DNA from: an uncultured delta proteobacterium
GTDB taxonomy: Bacteria > Desulfobacterota > Binatia > UBA9968
Direction: 5' to 3'
NCBI GenBank assembly: GCA_963755715.1
Contig: CAVWLW010000002.1
Location: forward strand, 39,345-103,344
DNA: 64,000 bases
Under the pieces are notes generated by a model. It was not told the origin of the DNA. It did not search any database and saw nothing but the letters and a program-made list of their open reading frames with translations. Of this stretch, positions 31,574 to 42,681 are shown one piece after another. A program made the translations under genes and the position numbers. How positions within the stretch are numbered: position 1 is the first letter of the stretch; each line of letters starts with the position of its first letter.

Positions 31574-32600
31574 TCTGCTTACTCTGTTGGTAAATTATTT
31601 TCCAGCTCAACGGGATAGATTCTTGATGAAGCCGCGTCTTTTCCAGTTCGGCGATGAAGCTTGAGTCCATGAACGCCTCGGGCTTTTGATTCCAGATCTC
31701 CGGCCGCTGCGCCGCGACGTATTCGTAGGTCGGCTGCAGTCCTTGCGTGATCGGGTAGGGAATGGAGATGAAGTCTTTGCGGTAAATCTCGTAGGAGCTT
31801 TCGAGCAATTCTCGATCGTTGGTTTTTAGATACTTGCCCAAGACCTTCATGCTGAACTCCTTGTTGGCCTTCAAGTAGTGGATTGCTTCGACGTGCGCCT
31901 TGACCATACGCATCACGGTGTCGCGGTCTTCGGCAACCCATTTGCGCCGCGTGACAATCGACATGGACGGATAGGCGACTTCCTGCTTAGCGTCCCACAG
32001 GATTCTAAATCCTTTGCGTTCGGCTTGGGTGTCGGCGGGATGAGAGAGGTCGGCGGCGTCGACTACGCCGTTTATCAATGCCTGAATCCGGTCGGGCTGG
32101 GTTCCGATGGAGAGCATCACGACATCCCGCCCAGGTTCGAGGCCGTATTTCTTTAGGATGTAGCGCTCAAGAAAATCTCCCAAAGAGCCAAAGCCCGAAA
32201 CCGCAATTCTTTTGCCGCGCAGATCCTCCGGCTTTTTGATCTCCGGCCGCACCAGCAACTTGCTTTGCACGCCGGCCACGGTGTGCGCCACGGTGACGAG
32301 ATCGGCGCCGCTCAAGTCCGCGCTCATCACCGTCGTCAGCGTGCACGGAGCGCCGAGAATGCTGTTGCCGATGATCGCCTGCGCCGACTGCCCCGATCCG
32401 CGCAGCAAGACGAGCTCGGCTTCCAAGCCGTATTTTTCGTAAAGCTTTGCGTCCTTGGCGATCCACGGTATCCACTGCGACGCCGAAAGCGAGGTGACGC
32501 CCCAGCGAAATTTCTTAAGGCCTTTCTCCTGTGCGTCAGACTTGCCGAAAGTCAGCCATAAAAAGACAACGGTCAAACAAAAAAGTTTTTGCGTTTTCAT
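31557..32600 (-). CDS. NitT/TauT ABC substrate-binding protein; probable C-terminal frameshift near 31635
   Basis: MKTQKL signal peptide, IPWIAKDAKLYEKYGL, DLRGKRIA. Confidence 0.85.
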   Translation of the reverse strand: MKTQKLFCLTVVFLWLTFGKSDAQEKGLKKFRWGVTSLSASQWIPWIAKDAKLYEKYGLEAELVLLRGSGQSAQAIIGNSILGAPCTLTTVMSADLSGADLVTVAHTVAGVQSKLLVRPEIKKPEDLRGKRIAVSGFGSLGDFLERYILKKYGLEPGRDVVMLSIGTQPDRIQALINGVVDAADLSHPADTQAERKGFRILWDAKQEVAYPSMSIVTRRKWVAEDRDTVMRMVKAHVEAIHYLKANKEFSMKVLGKYLKTNDRELLESSYEIYRKDFISIPYPITQGLQPTYEYVAAQRPEIWNQKPEAFMDSSFIAELEKTRLHQESIPLSWKIIYQQSKQNGTME

Positions 32601-32618
32601 TGACACGTTCGCCTCGGA

Positions 32619-32645
32619 GGGCGGACACATAGGTCCGCCCCTACA
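32619..32645 (-). repeat. GTAG-type REP
   Basis: Minus strand TGTAGGGGCGGACCTATGTGTCCGCCC. Related copies at 42663-42685 and, degenerate, at 55715-55738. Confidence 0.75.
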
Positions 32646-32691
32646 AAACACCCGGTTTCACTATTGCCTAGCGCCTGATGCCTATTGCCTT

Positions 32692-33778
32692 TCATATGTT
32701 ATACAGCCGCGCCGCGTTGTCGCACATGAGTTTCTGCAGCTGACTTGCGCTCAGATTTTTGCGCTCGGTAACCGATTTCACCGTATGAGGAAACTTGCTG
32801 TCGCCGTGATTGTAATCCGAGGCAAATATGAGACGGTCTTCGCCGACGTAATCCATGACAAAGTTCAAAGTGTGTTCGTCGGGCTCGAAAGAATAATAGA
32901 CCTGCTCGCTGCGCATATATTCGCTCGGCGGCTTTTTTATCAGCGGCACGGTTGGCTGGAGGTACTCGTAGTGCTCATCCAAACGCTCCATCCAGTAGGG
33001 CACCCAACCGGCGCCGGCTTCGAGAAAGGCAACTTTCAATTTCGGATAAAGCTCGAGAATACCGCCGCCGACGATGCACATGACGCCGATCATCTGTTCG
33101 AAGGCGTGCGTGGTCGCGTGCACAAAAAAAGCGTTATCGAAGCGATCGGCCGCAGCCGCCGGCCTGCCGGAACCGACATGGACGCACACGGGAACGCCGA
33201 GCTCCTCGGCCTTGGCGTAGAAAGGATAGAGATCCGGATGGTCCAAGTTGCGGCCCGCTGAATGCGCGGCAGTGGCGACGGCGACAAAGCCCAGCTCTTT
33301 GACGCAGCGTTCGAGCTCCTTGACGGCTTCCTTGGGCTCCTGCATGGCGACCAGCGCCACGCCTTTCAAACGCTTCGGGTTGGTCTTGCAATAGCCGTCG
33401 AGCCAAGTGTTGTAGGCATGGGCGATGGCACAGGCGAGATCGTGGTTTTCGAGGAACGGCAGGCTAAGAAACACAGTGGTGCCGAAGTTGACCGCGGTGT
33501 CGATATTTTCGAGATCCATGTCTTTGATACGCTGAATCGGGTCGAACATGCCCGTGGTTTTCTGCGGCCTGCGGCTGTAGGGCGCGGTGCCGATGCCGAG
33601 GCCGGTGCCCGAGGGCTTCGCCCAGATTTTTCCCTCCAACAGCAGTTGCTCCTTGCCGTCGGGACCGGCGATCATTTTGGGCGCATGCTTTCGGTAGGGC
33701 GCTTCTAACAGTTCTTGCCAGTTGGCGTCCCGCTCTTGGACGTGTCCGTCGGCGTCGATGATGCGTAAGATTATCCAT
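32692..33778 (-). CDS. Amidohydrolase_2 family protein; N-terminal frameshift near 33767
   Basis: GGAGG RBS, MDNL|RIIDADGHVQE, AFLEAGAGW, FASDYNHGD. Confidence 0.85.
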
Positions 33779-33822
33779 TTCGTTCCTCCATCTCGTGTTT
33801 CCTCAAATCCGCATAATCACAT

Positions 33823-34869
33823 TTATTTACGTGTGATCGAATGCAGAAGCTTGTCCCAACGCTCCAGCTCTTTTTCGTACTGATCGGTTGTCAGTCCGTG
33901 CTCGGGGCGCCATTTCTTAAATCCATAATCCTTTGCGCCGCTGCCGTAGTAGTATTTTTCCAGCACCTGCTGTCCGTCGGCGCTTAGCAGAAAATCCGCC
34001 ATTAGCAGCGCCGCATGAGGATGAGGCGGATTTGCGGCGATCGCCGCGCTGCCGACATTGGTCGGCACCAAGTCCATGGGAACCCACTCCACCGGCGCGC
34101 CTTTTGATGCCGCGAGCAACGTGTGAGTCTGAAATATCGCCGGAGAGGCGGCGATCTCTCCGGCCGCGATGTTGTTGACCAGCGCCGGCGCATCGATGGA
34201 ATAAAGCTTGATCTCCTGCGCTTTGAGTTTCTTGACGAATTCCTCGCTTCGGGTCTTGAGCATGGCGCCGATAACCTTGTCGCTCGTCTGGCCGATACTG
34301 ATGCCCATTTTTCCTTTGAGCTGCGGGTGCAACAAGCCATCGAAATTTTTCGGCACGGCTTCTTTGGGCACGAGCGTCTTGTTGTAAGTCAACCCGATGT
34401 ACGACTCCCTGGCGAGCGCCCAATACACGAGATTTTTGTCGGCTCGTTCCTTGCCGTCTTCCGGATATCTATCCAGATGCGGAGAATCATAAGGGCGAAG
34501 CAGTTTTTCATCGCGCAAGAAGATCAGGCTTCCTTCGGTGGTCTCGATGGTATCCGCGATGTTGCGGCGCGCTTTGCCTTCCTCCTCTAAGCGCACGACC
34601 AATTCCGCGCCGGCGGCACGGTACGATTCGACTCTGACGCCTTGATACTTGGTTTCGAAGGCTTTGACCAGCTCCTTATAAGAGTCGCCGGCGAGCGAAG
34701 TATACCAAATGATTTTGCCTTCGGTTTTTGCGCCGGCGTAAAGCAGCGCTTCGCGATCGGCGCCGCGGTAGGTTACCAGCTCGGCGATCGTTGAGGGTTT
34801 GCGAGCTTGTGCCCACGCTGGTGGCGCGACGAATAAGAGAGCCAAAAATAGGAAACTTCGGCGCTTCAT
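33823..34869 (-). CDS. ABC substrate-binding protein (Fe3+/polyamine/thiamine-type)
   Basis: MKRRSF signal peptide, AKTEGKIIWYTSL, YNKTLVP, APVEW, PHPHAALL. Confidence 0.85.
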   Translation of the reverse strand: MKRRSFLFLALLFVAPPAWAQARKPSTIAELVTYRGADREALLYAGAKTEGKIIWYTSLAGDSYKELVKAFETKYQGVRVESYRAAGAELVVRLEEEGKARRNIADTIETTEGSLIFLRDEKLLRPYDSPHLDRYPEDGKERADKNLVYWALARESYIGLTYNKTLVPKEAVPKNFDGLLHPQLKGKMGISIGQTSDKVIGAMLKTRSEEFVKKLKAQEIKLYSIDAPALVNNIAAGEIAASPAIFQTHTLLAASKGAPVEWVPMDLVPTNVGSAAIAANPPHPHAALLMADFLLSADGQQVLEKYYYGSGAKDYGFKKWRPEHGLTTDQYEKELERWDKLLHSITRK

Positions 34870-34928
34870 CGTTCGGACTCCTTTTCTCTCGGACTGGCAT
34901 CCGAGCAAGGTCAATCGCCGCAGCTTCC

Positions 34929-35932
34929 TTAATTGCTCTTCCAAAAGATCTCTCGATAAATTTTGTTGTGCTCTTCGTAGCTGTCGGACAACGTCCAGTC
35001 GGCGGGAAAAATTTGACTCCACGCAGATAGTCGGGCTGAAACTTGGGCAGCGCCGGCGGCTTGTCGATGTTCAGAACTTCCTTTTGACCTTCGTCCGATG
35101 CGAGATAATTCATAAATAAGCGAGCGGCGGCCGGGTGTTTCGCCTCGCGAGTAATCGCCGCGGATACCAAAACGGTGATATGAGGCTCGGCTCGTACCCA
35201 GTCGATCGGCGCGCCTTTTCTTTTCAATTCTTCGGTTCTGGCGATGTCGCTGTAGATGATGACTGGAAATTCGCCGGCGGTGAGCAGCATCGCCTGATTG
35301 CTATGGCCGTTCACCATCAGCAGGTCTTGCTGCGCCAGCTTTTTAAAATATTCGATCCCTTTCTGCTGCCCAAGATATTGCATGTGCGCCTGAGTCACCA
35401 GATATTCTTCTCGTTCCAGGGAAATGCGGCCTTTCCAGCGTGGATTCAAAAGGTCGTCGAAAGATTTGGGCGCGTCACTCTTCGGCACCAGTTTGGTGTT
35501 GTAGGTGATCGCGTACGGGACCAGGTAGAATCCGACCCAATAACCTTGCTTGTCGATGAAGCCCGCGGGAAAATTGCCCGCCGCCGGCGGCGAGTACGCG
35601 GTAATGATGTTCCTCTTCATGAAGATCCGGTGGGTGTAATTGTTGATCAGAACGACGTCGGCGCTGAGCTGTTTGGCGGCAACCTCGCGCAAGATCTTCG
35701 AAGTCAGCGCTTCGCCGGTGGTGCGGGAGTATTGGGTTTTGATGAAAGGATAACGCCGTCTAAACGGCTCCGCGAATTTATCGAATTGAGCAGCAAGCGC
35801 GGTCCCGTAGACGACCAACTCACGCTCGTTCTGTGCTTTGGCCGCGAAGTCCTCTTGCGCGCGCGCCAAAGGAACGGCCCATGCCAAAAGTGTTATCAAA
35901 AATGCTGTGAATGTTGGAAAAGCGGATCTCAT
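34929..35932 (-). CDS. ABC substrate-binding protein (same family); frameshift near 35005
   Basis: YNTKLVP...DLLNPRWKG, GAPIDW, HPAAARLF. Corrected C-terminus ...YREIFWKSN* ends at 34929. Confidence 0.8.
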
Positions 35933-36155
35933 GAAATCTCGCCCCTTCTCCTCATCGGTTGCGCCGCGGTCGCAAAATTAAACGAGATGGTGTCCTTCGC
36001 GAATCGTATTTTGGCTATAGTCCGATTGACGCCGATGTGTCAACGTTTACTCTCCGCTATGAATGTTTTGGCGTCGATTGCCGCCGCCGCGCCATTCGTG
36101 AGATATTCGTATTCGCGTGCCAACGAGTTTCGAACACCATTCTCAAAGGAGCAAA

Positions 36156-37220
36156 ATGAAAAAGTCCAGCCTTACTTTGCTGTTGCTTGTGTTAATGGTT
36201 TCGTCGAGCTGGGGACAAGGCAGGAAACCGAGGACGCTCGATGAACTAGCCGTCTATACGGGACCGGACCGACATCAGATTCTTCTGGAAGGGGCTAGAG
36301 CAGAGGGAAAAATTGTTTGGTACACTTCGCTTTCCGGGGTTTATCGCGAGCTCGTGGACGCGTTCAAGAAGAAATATCCCGACATCGCGATTGACGTGTA
36401 CCGCGGCGGCAGCACGGATTTGGGGCCGCGCTTGTTAAATGAGGCGCAAGCCGGACGTTTCGTTGCCGATGCTTTGGAAAGCACGCCGGGACTGTTGATG
36501 CTGCTCCGGGAGCGCGGCATTCTCAAACCTTATGTATCACCTGAGCTCTCCAGATATCCCGACGAAGCGAAGACCAAATCAGACGGCGCGCGGGTTTACT
36601 GGGTGACCGATCGCGAGGCGTATTTAGGATTCGGTTACAATACGAAAATGATACCGGCAGCGGACGTGCCGAAGAACTTCCAGGATCTTTTGCGGCCGGA
36701 GCTCAAAGGCAAATTAGCGGTGACGACAGAGAGCTCCACCAGCCGAGTGATCGGCTCCATGATAAAAACCAAAGGCGAGGAATTCGTCAAGCGGCTGCAA
36801 GCACAAGAGATACGAATGTTTAAGGCATCGAGCGCCGGCTTTCTCGATCTTATCGCCGCCGGCGAAGTCGCTGGGTCCTTCGTGGTGTTTCGCAATCAAG
36901 TGGCGGTCATGAAAGAGCGCCGCGCGCCGGTCGAATGGGTTCCGCTCGACGTGGCGCCGGCCAACGCCGGCGGCTCGGCGATCATTGCCAATGCGCCCCA
37001 TCCCCATGCGGCGCTGCTCTTCACCGATTTTGTCATCGGCGCCGACGGGCAAAAGCTAATGGAACAGTTTCGCTACGGCGTTGCTTGGAAAGATTATCCG
37101 TTCAAACGAGATTATCCCGAGCGCGGCATGACGAGCGCCGAGTACGAGAAAAACGAAGATAAGTGGCTGCAATTAACGCGAGCGATAACGAAACGGCAGG
37201 GTGGCGGCGATCGATTCTAA
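36156..37220 (+). CDS. ABC substrate-binding protein (same family)
   Basis: AAGGAG RBS, MKKSS signal peptide, EGKIVWYTSL, APHPHAALL. Paralog of 33823-34869. Confidence 0.85.
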   Translation: MKKSSLTLLLLVLMVSSSWGQGRKPRTLDELAVYTGPDRHQILLEGARAEGKIVWYTSLSGVYRELVDAFKKKYPDIAIDVYRGGSTDLGPRLLNEAQAGRFVADALESTPGLLMLLRERGILKPYVSPELSRYPDEAKTKSDGARVYWVTDREAYLGFGYNTKMIPAADVPKNFQDLLRPELKGKLAVTTESSTSRVIGSMIKTKGEEFVKRLQAQEIRMFKASSAGFLDLIAAGEVAGSFVVFRNQVAVMKERRAPVEWVPLDVAPANAGGSAIIANAPHPHAALLFTDFVIGADGQKLMEQFRYGVAWKDYPFKRDYPERGMTSAEYEKNEDKWLQLTRAITKRQGGGDRF

Positions 37221-37252
37221 TTTTCTCTCGGGATGGTTGAAATCCCACGCCA

Positions 37253-37337
37253 CGTCATGCCGGTGAAAACCGGCATCCAGGTTCGGTTTCTCTTAAGTAC
37301 AAAACCTGCCTGGATTCCGGCATGCGCCGGAATGACG
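37253..37337. repeat. RPE/dRS3-like palindromic element
   Basis: CGTCATGCCGGTGAAAACCGGCATCCAGG ... CCTGGATTCCGGCATGCGCCGGAATGACG. Half-copy at 48790-48815. Confidence 0.8.
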
Positions 37338-37432
37338 GGAACTAGAGTCGGACTTCTAGTCACCACGCCGAAACCCCCTCGGTGGAGCTGAGGGTGGTTC
37401 AGGTGCTCTTCTTCACGCCTGCTGGCTGTGTC

Positions 37433-38312
37433 TCACTTCTTAGAGTTAGGTCCGAACGGTTCGGGCTGAAACGGCGCATCGCGTTCTTTTAGAAACGCTT
37501 CCAAGCCGCCTTTCTTCTTGGCATCTTCCAATTTTTTATTGAATTCTTCGCGCTTGCTCAGGCGCGCCATCGACGCCAGCTCCGCATTGAGCATCCAGGC
37601 TTTGCGCAGCCCCATCATTTCCAAGCCCTTGGGTCGAGATGTGCAGGTTGATTTTCACCGTTTCCGGCGGCACGTGCGCGATGCGTTCGACGAATTTAAA
37701 ACAGGTCTCCAGCAGTTCGGCCTTGGGCACCACTTGATTGATGAGTCTGATGCGCAGCGCCTCTTGCGCGTCGACGTGGTCGCCGGTGAGTGCGTAGCGC
37801 AGAGCATTTTTGAATCCCACGAGCGCGACCCAGATAAAATCCGTATTGGCGGCATGGCGGACTTGAGGCTGGCCAAAAACAGCGTCATCGGCGGCGATGG
37901 TCACGTGGCAGGTGAGGGCGAGCGAAGCGCCCGCGCCGAGACACCAGCCGCTCACCGCCGCAATGATCGGTTTCGGGTACTGCCAGCGGTAGAGTTGGCG
38001 TTGGAGAATGTCTTTGCGGTCGGCGTCGCGAAATTTGTTGTAAGTCGCATTGAGCGAAGTTCCTTCGGGAACGCCGTAGGGCCAGGCCGTCGGCGGCTCC
38101 TCGCCGCTGACGTCTTCGCCGACCGAGAAAGCGCCGCCGGCGCCGGTGATAATGACCCCGCGAATCTCCGGATCGGTCTCGGCTTCGGCAAGCGCGCGGT
38201 CGAGCTCGCCCATCAGCTCTTCGTTCATCGCGTTTAACTCTTTGGGCCGGTTGAGCGTAATGAGCACGCCGCTGCGCTGCTTCTGATAAAGAATGGTTTT
38301 GTAATCTGCCAT
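37433..38312 (-). CDS. Crotonase/enoyl-CoA hydratase family protein; frameshift near 37630
   Basis: ITLNRPKELNAM, KPIIAAVSGWCLGAG, C-terminal RDAPFQPEPFGP. Confidence 0.85.
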
Positions 38313-38336
38313 CGTGTCCTCCTGTGTTCTCTTGGC

Positions 38337-39256
38337 TTAACTGAGTTGGCTTCTGTTGCCATCCTGATGCCGTTCCATTCGCCTTCTTCTTCGCCCTCGG
38401 TCCGAACGGCTCGGGCTGGAACGGGCCGTCGCGCATCTGCAGATACTCTCTAATCCCTTTGTTCGCGCGCGCGTCGTCGAGCGGTTTGCGCAGCTCTTCG
38501 CGCAGCATGACGTGCGCCGGCGCGGACATTTGTTTGTCATAGGTGAGCGCGTCGCGTAACCCCATCATGTCGAGCCCCATGGTGGCGACATGCAGGTTAA
38601 TCTTCACCGTTTCCGGCGGCACGTGGGCGATGCGCTCGACGATCTTGAAGCATTCGTCGATCAATTGATCCGGCTGGCACGACTTTGACGACCAGACCGA
38701 TGCGCAATGCTTCTTGCGCATCGATGTGATCGCCGGTGAGACCGTAACGCAGGGCGTTCTTGTAGCCGCCGAGCAATGTCCACATGAAGCTCGTATTCGA
38801 GCCGTGGCGCACTTCGGGTTGCGAGAAGACGGCGTTTTCAGACGCGAGGGTGATGTGAGTGTAGAGCGAGAGCCACGAGCCCGCGCCCATGGCCCAGCCG
38901 TTGATCGCGCCGATGATCGGCTTGCCGAACTCCCACATGCGGCGAAAATTCCTCGGATCGACGCGCCACGAGTCGATGACTTCCGCGGCGGTTTGTCCGG
39001 TCACGATGCCGTACGGCCAGTGCATATCGCGGCGCCGGCCGGCTCGATTTCCCTGGTCCATGCCGGCGGAAAAGGCGCGCCCGGCGCCGGTGAGCACGAC
39101 GGCGCGTACCTCGCTGTCTTCTTCCGCTTCGTCGAGCGCTTGCTGCATTTCTTTGATCATGCTGCGGCTGATCGCGTTCATCGCATCGGGCCGATTGAGC
39201 GTGATCAAGGCGCCGCCGCGCTGCTTCTCGTAAAGGATTTCTTTGTAGTCGGGCAT
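38337..39256 (-). CDS. Crotonase/enoyl-CoA hydratase family protein; frameshift near 38670, exact stop uncertain
   Basis: ITLNRPDAMNAI, GRAFSAGMD, QPEVRHG, RDGPFQPEPFGP. Confidence 0.85.
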
Positions 39257-39320
39257 CGAAACTCCTTGGGTTCAAATCGTTCAAGTCGTCCTGTTCTGGA
39301 AACGCTTTGAACGACTTGAA

Positions 39321-40469
39321 CTATCTTTTAGCTTTTCTCTCTTCTTCCAACTGCTTTAGAAAAGACAGATCCATCACATCGGCGCCGTTGATATTCATCG
39401 TCGATAGCATGCGGTCGCTGGCGATCATGTTTTCCATCGCCTTCAACGTGACCACCGGCAAACCCGGCGTGACTTGGGTGTAGACGCGGCGGGTTTCCTC
39501 GAGTTCGTCCGTGTTGTTGGATTTGTAGAACTCGCCTAAATATTTATGCACGGCGTCTTTGTTTCTTTCATCGCGGTAAAAATCCATGCCGTCGGCCAGG
39601 CCGCGCATAAAGTTCATCACCGTCTCGCGATCGCTCTTGATGAAGGAGCGCAAGGTCACCGGTCCGGCGACAACGTATTCGTAGTCGCTCTTGGAGAAAT
39701 CTACCCAAACGGGCAAACCCGCTTTGCGCGCGCGCAGAGTGATCGGCGGCTGAAACACCGACGCGTCGACGTGGCCGCCGGCCAGCGCCGCCCATCTCTC
39801 GCCTTGGGCGCCGATGCTAAGCAGAGTCACGTCTTTTTCATTGAGTCCGAGCTGGCGCACCGCCAGGCGGGCGATGAAATCGGTGCTCGCGCCCAACTGG
39901 CTGATCGCAACTTTCTTGCCTTTGAGATCCGCCGGCTTTTTGATGGCAGGAGTGCTGACGAACACATAGTCCAGCTTGTTTCCGGTGGCGCCGAGCACGA
40001 CCAGGTCTTTCGCGCCCTGAGCCCACGCCAGGATGACTCCGGAACTCCCTTGTTGGAGCACCGTGACATCGCGCGAGATGAGCGCCTGGACGGCTTCGCG
40101 GCCGCCGCGCATGAAGATCGGCAAAACCTTCAGTCCATATTTTTCAAAGGAGCCGGAGCGCTGCGCCACCCAGAAAAAACTGGTCGAACCGCCGAGAGCG
40201 TAGGGCACGCGAATCTCTTTGAGCGGCTTGGGTTGGGCTGAGAGCGACCATGGCGAGAGCAAGCTTAAAACAATCGCAATGACTGAGAAGATTACGGCTT
40301 CAAGAACGCCACCAAGCGCGTAAGAGATTCTGAATCGAAATTTGTATTCTGTCATCCCCCTTTGAAAAAGGGGGAAAGAGGGGGATTTGAGTTTGCGACA
40401 CTGCGAAATCCCCCCTTGCCCCCCTTTTTCAAAGGGGGGCACAACATAGAAATTGCGGGACGTGATCAT
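39321..40469 (-). CDS. NitT/TauT ABC substrate-binding protein
   Basis: FWVAQRSGSFEKYGL, DLKGKKVA. ATG 40469 overlaps the upstream TGA; alternative ATG at 40355. Confidence 0.8.
   Translation of the reverse strand: MITSRNFYVVPPFEKGGQGGISQCRKLKSPSFPLFQRGMTEYKFRFRISYALGGVLEAVIFSVIAIVLSLLSPWSLSAQPKPLKEIRVPYALGGSTSFFWVAQRSGSFEKYGLKVLPIFMRGGREAVQALISRDVTVLQQGSSGVILAWAQGAKDLVVLGATGNKLDYVFVSTPAIKKPADLKGKKVAISQLGASTDFIARLAVRQLGLNEKDVTLLSIGAQGERWAALAGGHVDASVFQPPITLRARKAGLPVWVDFSKSDYEYVVAGPVTLRSFIKSDRETVMNFMRGLADGMDFYRDERNKDAVHKYLGEFYKSNNTDELEETRRVYTQVTPGLPVVTLKAMENMIASDRMLSTMNINGADVMDLSFLKQLEEERKAKR
40355..40439. repeat. CCCCCTTT-N3-AAAGGGGG double-hairpin palindromic element
   Basis: TCCCCCTTTGAAAAAGGGGGAAAGAGGGGGATTT ... 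AAATCCCCCCTTGCCCCCCTTTTTCAAAGGGGGG. Confidence 0.8.
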
Positions 40470-42647
40470 TTTATCTCTACCAGCGCGTCGACGGCGACAA
40501 CGCCTTGTCCTTTCGGCAAAACGATCATTGGATTGATGTCCAACCCGACGAGCTGATCGCCGAGCTCGATGGCGAGACGCGATACGCCGACCATCGCGTC
40601 GCACAGCGCATCGATATCCGCGGGCGGTTTGCCGCGGACTCCCTCGAGAATCGCAAAGCCGCGCAAGCGCTCCAGCGTGTCGCGCGCTTGGTCGCGTGTT
40701 AACGGCGGAATGCCGACGGCGACGTCTTTGAGCAGTTCAACCAGAATACCGCCGATGCCGCAGAGAACGACCGGCCCGAAGAGCGGATCGCGCTTGATGC
40801 CGAGAATCATCTCCACGCCGTCGCGCGCCATGCGCTGCACGACAACGCCGTCAATCTTGGCGTTAGGCGCGCGGCGGCTGACTTCACTCAACATGCGCGC
40901 GTGAGCCTCGCGAACTTCGCTGGCGTTAGACAACTTCAGCGCCACGCCGCCGACATCGCTCTTGTGCGTGATCTCGGCCGATTCGATTTTTAGCGCGACG
41001 GGAAAACCCATGCGTTCGGCAGCGGCCACCGCTTCATCGGCGCTCTGAGTCAGCACCGTCGGAACGACGGGTATGCCGAATTGCTCGATGAGATGAAAGG
41101 CGGCTTGCGCCGGCAAAATCCCGGAGGGGAGCTTCGCTGGAGGAGTGGGCGTGGCAGTCCTAACCGGCTCCGGCTTGCTGGTTTTTTTGAACTCGTGATA
41201 ATCGGCTAAATTTCGGATGGTGGCGGTGGCGCACTCGGCGCCTTCCATGAGCGGCACACCGGCTTGGCGCAAGGGCAACAGAATCTCCGGATCCACCGGG
41301 CCGCCGACAACCGAGCTAAAGCAGACGATGGGTTTGGGGCTCGATGCCGCGGCTTTTTCGATGGCCGCCGAAAAGCGGTTCCCGCTCTTTAGCTCTTTCG
41401 GCCGCGGATCGTTGGCTTCGAGATTGATGGTCACCACGTCGATGTTGGCGTCGTCGATCAGCGCCTGAAGCAGGCGCGGAAAAATCTTATCGTCGTCGTA
41501 CATGGCGCCGGTGCCGTCGAGCGGATTGTTCATGTTGCCGAAATCGGCGACGCTCTCTTGCAGTTGCGCTTTTGTTGTTTCGGTCAGCTCGGGAACTTCG
41601 ATGCCGACGTTGGCCGCTGCATCGGACACCAACGTGCACTCGCCGCCCGAGCCGCTCAGCACGCCGATGCGGCGGCCGCCGTTGTAGCGCTTGACGAAAG
41701 TCTCGCAGGAAAAGACGCTGACGGCATCGATCAATTCATTGAGACTGCGCGACCGAAACAATGCCGCCCTGGCGAAAGGCGGCGTCGACGACTTCCGCCG
41801 AGCCGGCCAAGGAGCCGGAATGCGTTGCCGCCGCGCGTTTTGAAACTTCGGATCTTCCGCCTTTGAGAATGATCAGCGGCTTGTCGTGCTCGCGCGGCTT
41901 TGCGCGCGACGGCGAGTAGTTTTTCCGGCTGCTTGAAGCCCTCGACGAAGGCGGCGATCACGCGCGTGTTTTCGTCTTCGACGAAATAGTTGAAGTATTC
42001 CTCGAAGGTCGCGCCGGACTGGTTGCCGCAGGAAACGATGTGACTTAAGCCGACGCGGCGATTGAGCATCAAGGCATTGGCGATGGTCGTGCTGAGACCC
42101 CCGCTTTGGGAAACCAGCGCGACCGGGCCGGCCAAAAAGCCGGAAGGAATGGCGGAGGCAAAGAGCGGCGCCTTGCCGAATACATTCAATACGCCGTAGC
42201 AGTTGGGTCCGCAGATGAGAAAACCGCGCTCGCGCGACAAGGCTTCGAGGCGCGCTTGGCGCGCTTTTCCTTCGGCGCCGGTCTCGGCGAATCCCGCGGC
42301 GAAGACAACGGCGGCGCGAGTCCCGGCGGCTGCGGCGGATTCCAACAAGTCCGGCACATGCCGGTTGGGCACCGCGAGCACGACGCAATCGACAGGTTCC
42401 GGAATCGCGCCGATATCCGGATAGCAGGGGCAATCCATCACCTCGGAGTATTTTGGGTTAATGGCAACGATTCGGCCAGGATAGCCAAAGTTTTTCAAGT
42501 TACGGATGACCCGATTGCCGCGCGGCTCGCGATTGGGCAGGGCATCGCTGCGCTGCGACGCGCCGATGATCGCGACGGAACTGGGGTTCATCAGGGGAGA
42601 GAGGTCGCGCCAGACGACGGACTGTCAGGTTGTAGCTGTGTGTTCAT
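40466..42647 (-). CDS. NDP-forming acyl-CoA synthetase (acetate-CoA ligase family); several frameshifts
   Basis: P.SVAIIGAS, ICGPNCYG, SQSGG, phospho-His region H-S-G-S-L-A-G, NNPLD, ATP-grasp HKSDVGGV, DPLFGP, LDINP. Confidence 0.85.
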
Positions 42648-42681
42648 AATATATTCGACATCGGGCGACCGCCGGTCGCCC

